Source: Eledone cirrhosa | Lineage: Eukaryota | Direction of reading: 5' to 3' | DNA: 64,000 nt | Assembly (NCBI GenBank): GCA_964016885.1 | Contig: CAXHJY010001509.1 | Coordinates: 24,001 to 88,000 of the forward strand | Part shown: in pieces, positions 37,980 to 47,529 of the stretch | Position numbering within the stretch: the stretch's first letter is position 1 | How the letters are laid out: every line of letters starts with the position of its first letter | Made by a program: the position numbers and the translations under genes | The notes under the pieces: model-generated | What the model was told of the DNA's origin: nothing | The model's input: the letters and a program-made list of their open reading frames with translations, nothing else | Database searches by the model: none

Positions 37980-38262
37980 TTGCGTCGACGTTTGCCTTTT
38001 AGATCTCCGGTGCACTCACGCCATCCTTCACCTCCCCAGACAACCGTTGTCTTGCGTCAATTTGGGACAGATATACCTGTTGCCTGAGGAAGGAAGCTGC
38101 GAAGTGAAATAGCCGATACAAATGGATATTCGCCGGCTATCCTCCGCCCCAACGCTATTTTTTATCGTTCCGCGGTGTAGAGTTTGCCCATTTCTCTCTC
38201 GCAATTTTTTCCTTCCTTTTGTCAATATACTATCAGGGTATTATCCGATATATGACTGGTAA
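37980..38262. promoter_or_regulatory. CpG-rich unique segment, candidate promoter/first exon
   Basis: Locally high GC and CpG; GC-box CCGCCCC at ~38144. Minus strand gaaggATGGC|gtgagt (38024-38014); plus strand ATGACTG|gtaatt (~38252-38264). Confidence 0.4.
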
Positions 38263-38629
38263 TTTTGAATATATACTTTTGCCAATGTGGTAGTATACAG
38301 TTATACTTTAACTTAATTTTCGAATTTCATGTGGCTTATACAAAATATTTGTTTCTACTTTTTGGTACAAGGCCAGCAAAAACCCAGTGCATTACTGGTA
38401 CTTTATTTTATCGACCCCGTAAGGATGAAAAGCAACAAAATAATGTTAATGGGAAAGGAAAAAGAAATTTAGAAAAAGGAATGTTTATCAGTAATTATAT
38501 TCTTTACTATTCGACATTTGAAAGTTTTTATAAACAAGTACTAGCTATAAAACCGGCGTCTGCTCTGTCTCTACTCTTCTTTCGGTCATGTGATGAATTT
38601 TCTTTACCTCACTGTCTCCCTCGCCCTTT

Positions 38630-38706
38630 CAGGTGTCCCCAAAAATGTTTACACATTTCAACAGCATTCTAATAAATACGTGTATACATTTTTTGAAGGG
38701 ACCCTG
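38630..38706. mobile_element. Tc1/mariner-type MITE
   Basis: CAGGTGTCCCCAAAAATGT...GTATACATTTTTTGAAGGGACCCTG|TA. Confidence 0.7.
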
Positions 38707-38712
38707 TATGTA

Positions 38713-38764
<52 letters not shown>

Positions 38765-38766
<2 letters not shown>

Positions 38767-38927
38767 GTATTTCCCGGCGTCGATGACGCTACTTTTTTCC
38801 TAAAATAAGTCTCAAAATTCTACCATGCGTCCTGGAAGCCGAAGGTTGTTTATTATTTTTTTTTCAAATTTTGGGTTGTCAAAATTAGGGTGCGTTCTCG
38901 ATGACGAAACGTCTTCGGTCAATACGG
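38765..38927. mobile_element. Tc1/mariner superfamily (pogo/Tc2-like) MITE
   Basis: TA|CCGTATT...AATACGG|TA termini inside (TA)n. Confidence 0.75.
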
Positions 38928-39008
38928 TATATATAACTTTTATTATGGCTAAATGATATATCTTGTTACTCTAAAGTTTCACCGGTATAGTTACAAGATG
39001 ATCAACCA

Positions 39009-39075
<67 letters not shown>

Positions 39076-40130
39076 GTTTTACTTTGATTCTCTCTATATA
39101 TTATACTAGAGTGTTACTCGTCATGTGAAATGTAATTTTGTGAGCATACATTTGGTACTGTAGATAACAGTAGGTAGATAGATAGATAAATAAATCATCA
39201 TCATCATCGTCGTTTATTCTACCATTGCATTGGTTAGACGGATTGTAGAAAATTGAACTAACATTTGGCTATTAGTAGTAAGAGTAATGAGTTGGTGGAA
39301 TTGAACAGTAGTATTGAAGTCTAAATACTAAAGTTTATATTCTCAAATTCTTTCATCATTTCTACACTTCTATTATGAACATAAAAACAGTTATGATGAT
39401 ATTTGTAAGATATTATTATATATATATCTGAGAAATAAATATTTTAGATAAAGTCCAATGTGCATATTTCTGATATATTTCAAAAAAGCGTTAAAGATAG
39501 TTTTAAATACTAGTTTTACGTTTCATCTTCAAAGTATTAGTATAGGTGAAAAAGAGTTAAGCTACAATTACCAATTTCCTGTTGGTCATAAATTTACTTT
39601 TACATTAGTGGATGTTTCAATGAATTCTCTATTCTACTAATTTAATTTACTTAAAAACTACATGCCATAAATTGGTCCTGTTGCTGAAGAAGAACCATCT
39701 CATCTAACCTTATCAAAATGTCAATTGTGATGAATTAGTCTTGTATCTAAGAAAGACATTTGCTTCACATTTCTTTAACACTTTTTATAAAACAAAGCTC
39801 TTATGACCTAGCGGTGTTTATTTTAAAAAATATAACAAATAATGGAAAAGAATTGATTTGAATATCATTATAAAATATCCATCTTTCAAATAAAGATGTG
39901 TGAAAGGAAGTTTGAATAGTTAAATATGATTTTCTTGCTACTCTATTCCACATATAGTTTGTTTGACAATTAACGCTTCAGTTAAACAATTTGATTAATG
40001 TATGGTGACAAATACCTGCAGAGAATGTCTGATATCTAGATTGATCTTTGCATGCAACCACTTTCAGTATTTCTTGAAAGCTTTATAGTCTAGTCACACA
40101 GTCATATATATATATATATATATATATATA

Positions 40131-40229
40131 CAGGGTGTCCCCAAAAATGTATACACACTTTAATTACCTGTACAGGCAATATTTATTAGAATGTTGTTGA
40201 AGTGTGTATACATTTTGGGGGACATACTG
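40131..40229. mobile_element. Tc1/mariner-type MITE
   Basis: ~28-bp TIRs CAGGGTGTCCCCAAAAATGTATACACACTT / AAGTGTGTATACATTTTGGGGGACATACTG. Confidence 0.85.
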
Positions 40230-40249
40230 TGTGTGTGTGTGTGTATATA

Positions 40250-40404
40250 ACATTTTTTCCCGGGTTCAATCGGGGGGAAACCCCAGTAAGTAAGGTACTC
40301 AATACATAGCAGAGAATATATATTTAATATAAAAATGGCTTCTACAGGACTGGAACTGTTTCATTCAGTTCTAGTCTTGTAGAAGCCATTTCTATGTTAA
40401 ATAG
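40250..40404 (-). mobile_element. pLTR-like family C fragment with fold-back (40321-40404)
   Basis: atggcttctacaggactggaactg / cagttctagtcttgtagaagccat; same family as 45299-45348 and 47427-47508. Confidence 0.7.
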
Positions 40405-40594
40405 ATAGATAGAGAGAGTGTTCCACAACAAATTAGCAAACCATACTCGAGGGTGCATGTTTCACACAACGGATGAATTCCATTAGACAGCAGATTAGGG
40501 GGAGCACTATTTTGATAACCAAAGTCAGAAACGATCCTCAACAGTTAACATTCCTGCTTCCAGGCTTTCAAATATCATTAAATATACAAAATAT

Positions 40595-40637
<43 letters not shown>

Positions 40638-41001
40638 CATCATCATCATTTTACGTCCGCTTTTCCCTGCTAGCAAGGGTGGGACGGGAACTGATTCTGG
40701 CTTGATTTCTACAGCTGGATGCCCTTCCTAGCACCAACCTCATTTACAGTGAGGGCTGGGTGCTTCTTTTTTTTCCGTGGTGCCTACACGTCCACTTTAC
40801 AGTGTGGGCTGGGTGCTTTTTTGCCGTGACACCTCCACGACCACTTTGCAGTGGAATGATAGGGACCCCAGCTGAGTAAACTGGAGCAATGTGAAATAAA
40901 GTGTCTTGCTCAAGGAAACAACACATCACCCGGTCTGAGAATTGAACTCACAATTTTCGATTGCAAGCCCAATGCTCTAACCACTAAGCCATGTGCCTCC
41001 C
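40638..41001 (-). mobile_element. SINE S1 (duplicated-unit variant, small internal deletion)
   Basis: Reverse match to 17034-17378. Confidence 0.9.
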
Positions 41002-41727
41002 TATATATATTTATTTATATATATGTAAATGCATGAGAAATCACTATATCTCAGTATTGTGTCTTCTAAAAAATATAGAAAATTCATCAAATCTTTTTTT
41101 TAATATATACTTATATATTATATTATCGATCCCCTGATTGACCAAATCAAACACAAATTGATACATTAGCTAGACAAAAGGTGAACATTATTTTCCATAA
41201 TTTGTCATCAATACCTTTGACATCAACTCATTGTCACTTCTATGTTTTCTCACCACTTAGTATTTATTGCATGGAATTGAACTTTTACTTCTACTGACAG
41301 CTTATACTATATATATATAGTGTAAGTAGTATGGTGAAACTTCCTCGTTTTTTTCTATTATATATATATATACACACATATACATACACACACATATTTA
41401 TGTGTGTATGTATATACATATATTATATATATAAATACACACACACATAACAAATATCTCCACCCTACCTTTACAATAAGCATTTAATAAAACACAACTC
41501 ACAACACCCACACTACACACAACAGAACAAACACTAAATTAATAAAAGAAACTACAAGCTCAACCCCATTACTAAACAAGACTGATACAGTACACTAACT
41601 AGAGTAAATATATACTCTCACCACCCCACTCACAAAAATATGAACACCCAATGCAGCACACACCTCAGGTGCATGGAATTGCACCAAGTAATGCAGCAGA
41701 GACTTGCATGAAACTACTGAAGAAATA

Positions 41728-41945
41728 ATTCTTTCTAACATAGGTACAAAGCCAGCAATTTTGAGGAAAGGGAAAGTCAATTATATTCACACCAGGACAT
41801 AACTGGTACTTTATTTTATCAACCTTGGAAGGAGGAAAGGTAAAATTAAATAATGGCAGAATTTGAACTCAGAGCGTAAAAAAGTTATAACTAAATACTA
41901 TAAAGCATTTTGTCCTGTTCTACTTATATTACCAATCCACTGCCA
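41728..41945 (-). mobile_element. Old S2 SINE
   Basis: actggtactttattttatcaacc...ggcagaatttgaactcag. Confidence 0.75.
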
Positions 41946-42404
41946 TCACCAAAGAAATACTGTATATAATTGAGTATAAGTTTTCCCACTCCGCATCGTC
42001 AATTAGTCCCCCCCACCTCACTGCCACTTGCCTATAAATCTTTACTCTCTCCCTCCCTCACTCTCTATGTCCATCTCTTAGTTTCTCTATCTCTCTCTCT
42101 CTCCTTTCTGTATGTCCATCTCTTAGTCTCTCTTTCTCTACCTCTATCCCTCCCTCTGTTTATCTGCCAGTTTCTCTCACCAAAAAATGGTATAAAACAC
42201 ACCAAGGAAGCTCCTTAGAATTAAAGTTTTTAAAAAAAATAAAAAAATTTTTTTTTTTTTATATGGCTTCATTATCTTTCTCTTAACATTATTTCAGGAA
42301 ATTGGATGAGAAATTCAAATAACAAGCAACAATAACTACAACAACAACAGCAAAGTGTCAAAACATTTGAAATAAAATAAGATGCTGTTGACTTTGTAAA
42401 ATCA

Positions 42405-43050
42405 TAAGGATGGATGAAGGAGTCCATTACATATGGAAAGGAGTGGAAGGATAAACAAAACTGTCCATTTCATAAAAAATGGAATGATAGATGGAAAAGT
42501 CCATTGTGTGTAGGAGTTGGAAGGGTGAACAGAAGAGTTTATTTCATGTAGGTGTTGGAGAGATGTCCAGTTACATGGGAGGATGGTGGAAGAATCGATT
42601 ATATGTAGGAGTTTGAAGGATGGACAGAAGAGTTTATTTCATGTAGGAGTTGGAGAGATGTTCAGTACATGGGATAAATGGAAGGATGGTGGAAGAATCG
42701 ATTACATGTAGGAGTTTGAAGGATGGACAGAGAAGATAATTTCATGAAGGGATGAACAGAACTGCCCATTACATGTAGGAAATGAGAGAGCAGACAAGAG
42801 AGTCCATTATATGTAGGAATTGGAAGGGTGAACAGAAGAGTTTATTTCATATAGGATTTGGATGGATAAACAGGATAGTCCATTACATGTAGCAATTGAA
42901 AGGATGAGCTGAAGAGTTTATTTCATGTAGGAGTTGAAAAGATAAACAGGATTGTATGAGCTGGAAGAATTGAGAGACTAGTTTATAACATGTAGGAGTT
43001 GGAAAGATAGAAGGATGGACAGAAGAAACCATTTCATGTAGAAGGGAGCT
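42405..43050. repeat. Diverged ~35-bp tandem repeat (CCATTACATGTAGGAGTTGGAAGGATGGACAGAAGAGT-like), ~18 units
   Basis: Recurrent catgtaggagttg(g/a)aaggat and cagaagagtttatttcat motifs. Confidence 0.8.
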
Positions 43051-44350
43051 TGAATGTTTTCTGAAATAACAACTGTAAAGAATGAATGGTAATATAGATT
43101 TTGGCAAGAATAGAAGTCAGTACACAGATATCGAGAAAGAATACTGCAAGGCATTTTACGGTGTTGAATTTGGAAAATTATAAGGATGGCTCTAGGATAT
43201 TAAACAGTACTATGAATTCACTACCATATTAAATTATTAAACACTAGTATTAATCAGTGGAGCAGCTGTTGAAATGCCATTATAATATAATTCAGAATTA
43301 TTAACTATTTGAAGAAACATTCTCTCAGTAAAAATAACTAATTAAATAATTAGTTTAAAACAATGGCTAATGATTCATTAGATGAAAAGAAAGTATTTTC
43401 TTTTATTTCTATTCTGTTCAAACATTCATCCAGTAATGCTAATAATATGCCTTACACACACATATAGTGTTGACACAGCTGCAGTCCTACATAGACTGAG
43501 GTAGAAAACTAGAGGTTGTTTACATTAATCAAATAGAAAGAGAAAAAGACTGCTGTATGTATTTCATTGTCTGAGTTTGTAAGTTATCTGGTTTGATTTT
43601 AAATTCAAATTTGAATTTTCAAACTCTACAAATTTACACTGAAGATAATGAAATTTTAAAAATAAAAGGTTGTACTAATTAGTTTTAAATATCAAAAGAG
43701 AAAAAAATTTAATTATTAATGGTAGAAGAATTATGTGTCAGTAAAATACCAAGAGAACTGCAGAGAGAATCGGAAAAGGATGAGAATTAAACCTTTGATT
43801 CTATAACTCATTGATCAAATAGCAGTATATTATGTTAAGTACCTTTATAATCAACTCATTTTAGCATGATTTCTCCAGCTGGATGTTATTCCTAACACCA
43901 ACCACTTTACACAATGTAATGGAGGCATTTGATGCTGACCGAAGCACTCAAGAGTTTGACCTGTCCTCGACAAGAATATAGAGTCATCGTTAATCTATGT
44001 TGACACTATTTAATTTGATTGTTACAAAATATAGCAATACAAGGAAATAGTTGTCTTTACAAAATACAGCAAAAATAGGAAATTGTTTCTTTTGTGTTAC
44101 AAAATATAGAGAATCTAGAAAATAGTCTCTGGTTACTTCAGAAAAAAAAATAATCATTCTTTCTTGAAGGACACATTTAAAACAGAAGGTTAAATTTATG
44201 AAGAGAGAAAAAAAAATTAATTTTTCCCTTCTATTTCTTTGATCTTTAGATAAAAATTAGATTGATAAGGAAAGACATTATATTCCATTTCTGTCAGTAT
44301 TTGAATATCCAGTTTGAATAAAGTTGACATATTATTATTTGGAAAATACA

Positions 44351-44531
44351 GGATTGGCAGTATCGGTAGAGGGTCGGGCGCCATGCTTTGAAGCATAGAG
44401 TTACCTCCCTTTATGATCTGAGTTCAAATCCCGCCGAGGTTAACTTTGCCTTTCATCCTTACGGGGTCGATAAAATAAAGTACCAGTAATGCACTGGGAT
44501 AATTGCTGGCCTGGTGCCAAAAGTAGAAACA
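44351..44531 (+). mobile_element. Young S2 SINE with a 17-bp TSD
   Basis: ATTATTTGGAAAATACA at 44334-50 and 44532-48; A/B boxes present. Confidence 0.93.
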
Positions 44532-44729
44532 ATTATTTGGAAAATACAAGGTAATATAATTGCTAATATTTTATGGAACATTTGGGAATTGGCCAATTTT
44601 TTTTATTTTTTTTTGTATGGAAAATGATTATGATACAAAAAGATTGAGTTATTTGGAGAGTTTCAGACACGAAAGTAAGGTGAGTATAAGCTAAATATTG
44701 TTTAGAGGATTTGCAGAAATGTAAAATAT

Positions 44730-44825
44730 GCAGTCATGGCTATGTAGTTAAAGCCTTTGTTTTGCAACCACATGGTTCTCAATTCAGTCAAACTGTGTGG
44801 CACTTTGGGCAAGTCTCTTCATGTT
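44730..44825 (+). mobile_element. CORE-type SINE head, interrupted
   Basis: atggctatgtagttaaag...gtggcactttgggcaagtc. A similar copy lies at 60110-60260. Confidence 0.6.
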
Positions 44826-45253
44826 GTGTCCGGCCGCTTCATCTTCGCACTGGACGCTGTCGAGACCTCAGCATCCTTAGACCCTGTACGGCAAAGTCCT
44901 CTGCAAAATTAGGATGTCAGCAGCCCATCTTAGAAAGGAGTGCCGCAAGGTGGGGTGGCTGTTGCAGCAGGTGTAACTGACCATAGTATGGGAAATGTCT
45001 TTGCAGTTTTCTTCACAGGACGCAACCCAAAAACCACCCTGCCCTAGGCCTAGAGCCTATCCTCCCCTCTCCTTCCCTTTCTTTTGTGGCCCAAGAGTCC
45101 TTGCTTTTTTTCTCTCATTTGTGGCATTTATAGCATTTATAGTCCTTTCCTCTACTTTCTCATGCAGCCAGCTCTGCCCTATTTTATCCCTTCCTCTTTT
45201 CTCATTAATTATTTATTATGCTACATTAAATTATGTCACTTTCGTATACTATG

Positions 45254-45255
<2 letters not shown>
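44826..45255 (+). mobile_element. CRE-like retrotransposon 3' end running into (TA)n
   Basis: GRFIFALDAVETS..L.P...KVGWLLQQV*LTIV.GNVFAV across frameshifts, then a pyrimidine-rich UTR and TA. Confidence 0.6.
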
Positions 45256-45287
<32 letters not shown>

Positions 45288-45298
45288 ATTAATAAAAC

Positions 45299-45347
45299 GA
45301 CTTGTACAGGATTAGAACTGTTTCATCCATAAGAAATCGTCAGGAAA

Positions 45348-45348
<1 letters not shown>
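45299..45348 (-). ncRNA. Hammerhead-like motif (family C), core intact, stem I damaged
   Basis: CTTTC-CTGACGA-TTTCTTATGGAT-GAA-ACAG-TTCTAATC-CTGT-A-CAAG; sandwiched between TA tracts. Confidence 0.55.
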
Positions 45349-45413
<65 letters not shown>

Positions 45414-46124
45414 GTGTGTCTATCTTTGTTTAGTTTTACTGTTAATTTAGAAGTTTGATAAATAGAGATATCGATAAAATTAGTATTAGACATGAAAAAA
45501 AATACAGGGTCGAATTGATTGACTTTGAAGGTAATGTTTCAGAATTGCTATAAAGACTGAAACGAGTAAAAGAATAAATAGATGGCTAATGCAGACTAAA
45601 ATTTATGACAACATACTATTAAAAATTATGAGATTTAATATCATCCACAGACATGAATTTAACAGATGTTTAATAATTGGGAAACCTGAAATCTTTTATT
45701 ATAGTTCAAAATTTCACATTAATCATAACATAATGTAATGTAGTAAAATGGAATCAAATAATAATTATTATCATCATCACCATCAGTTTTACATTCATTT
45801 TTCAATTCTGGCATTGGTTGAAGGAAATTTTCTGAGGCAAAAACCTGCAGCTTAATGCTGCCTTCCTGATGCCTACTCTCTCATGATTTCAAGTCAGGTA
45901 AAGATCATTATGCATCGCAATGTTTATCAGTGGGATCTCTGTTTAAATTGAACATGTATGTATGTATGTATATAGTGGTAAGAAACTCTCAGGACAGTTG
46001 GACAGCTGGTCTTCAGAGAAGTAACTCCTTCAAATGAGTGTTTCGGCCCTTATATATATATATGTTTTATGTGTTAAGTATTTCCATAAAAAGGTAAGGA
46101 TCATCTAGTCTCTTGAAACCTGTA

Positions 46125-46317
46125 AAAGACATGGCAAAAAGCACCCAGCCCACACTGTAAATGTGGTTGGCGTTAGGAAGGGCATCGAGCCATAGAAAAT
46201 CAGCCAGAAATACCCCTATTTGAGTAAGATACGGTCACCCGACGCAACTTGCCTTAAGATAGGACCCATCTAACCCATGCTAGTGTGGAAGATGGACATT
46301 ACTCGAGGGTGATGATA
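46125..46317 (+). mobile_element. RTE/S1 3' tail fragment
   Basis: ggcaaaaagcacccagcccacactgtaaatgtggttggcgttaggaagggcatc...aacccatgctagtgtggaagatggac. Confidence 0.8.
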
Positions 46318-47426
46318 TGTGTGTGTGTTTATACATGTGTGTATGTCTCTTTCTATATCCTGTAATTTAGTGGTTTAACAAAAAAGAAGAGATCAATAAA
46401 ATAAATACCAGAGTTGAAAATTTAAGTACCGGTGTTGGTATGATTGACTAAATCATGGCTTCAGTTAAATGAGTAAAACTAGTAAAAGAGTTTTGGTAAT
46501 ATTAAAATTGTATTGCCACAATGAAAGACTGTGCAGCCCAATCAGTCTCTGTAGGTTTTAGATGTGTGCGTGTGTAAATATGAGTGAGTGTGTATGTGTG
46601 TGTAAGAGTAAGTGTGAATGTATGTGTGTGTGTTTTAGAAGTATAAATCAGGTGTAGTACAAGACTGTTTCTTTGATTTGTGTAATGACTGTGTCTTTGT
46701 GCTGTTGAATAAATCTAGATTGTCATGTTTTCAGAAACTGAAACTGTTTTTCTTTTGTTCTTTGGTTTTGCTAACCACAAACTTTCCTTTTAGAAAACTG
46801 CCATGAATATCTAATTTTAAGAAGACAAGAAAGAAGTATTTTCAAGAATTTTTTCCTAACAATTTGGACTGTTTTTTTTTTTTTTTTTTTTTCCTAACAT
46901 AAAATACACAATTGAAAACCAAACTGTAATTTGAAAAGTTTTAATACTACTAACTTTCTAAATAATACACTAAAATACGAACGCAAATTAAAATTAATGT
47001 AAATAAAGCGAGTTTGTTGTCAATAAAATTAGTGTGGGAAAAAATTTCAAAAGCAAATTCAAAATTTTACAATAAAATCAAAACAATTAAATGATTCCTT
47101 TATATACCATATGTAGTCATATCTAAGTTGCACTATTTTCTCAAAATATATGGTGGTACGTTCTAAAAATATGTATGGAAAATGGAAGTGTAATGTATCT
47201 TCTGGTGTGATTTATATGTAAGCACATACATTATACATGTATATGTATATATATAGAGAGATAGATAGATATGTTTCTTTATTAGCCACAGGGGCACAAA
47301 AGAAGGGGACAAATACGAAGGGGGAAGTTTACATACAATAAAAACGTGTAAAATGTTATCACAAATGCAATTTAAAAAATTAGTCGATTTTCCCCAATAG
47401 ATAGATAGATAGATAGATATAGATGT

Positions 47427-47508
47427 GACTTCTACAGGACTAGAACTGTTTCATTCTTAAGAAATCACCAGAAAACTTTCTAGATAATTTCTTTCAAATG
47501 AAACAGTT
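47427..47508 (-). ncRNA. Family C hammerhead-like copy (core mutated, CTGGTGA) with an imperfect inverted duplication
   Basis: GTTTT-CTGGTGA-TTTCTTAAGAAT-GAA-ACAG-TTCTAGTC-CTGT-A-GAAGT; 47477-47508 mirrors 47444-47474. Confidence 0.45.
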
Positions 47509-47529
47509 GATGGTTACTGTTGCTAGTGT

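Noticed and set aside
45965-46052. Hammerhead in a short TA-flanked insert (minus GGCCGAAAC...CTGAAGA)
   Set aside because: Core halves do not form a consistent fold; at most a truncated pLTR remnant.
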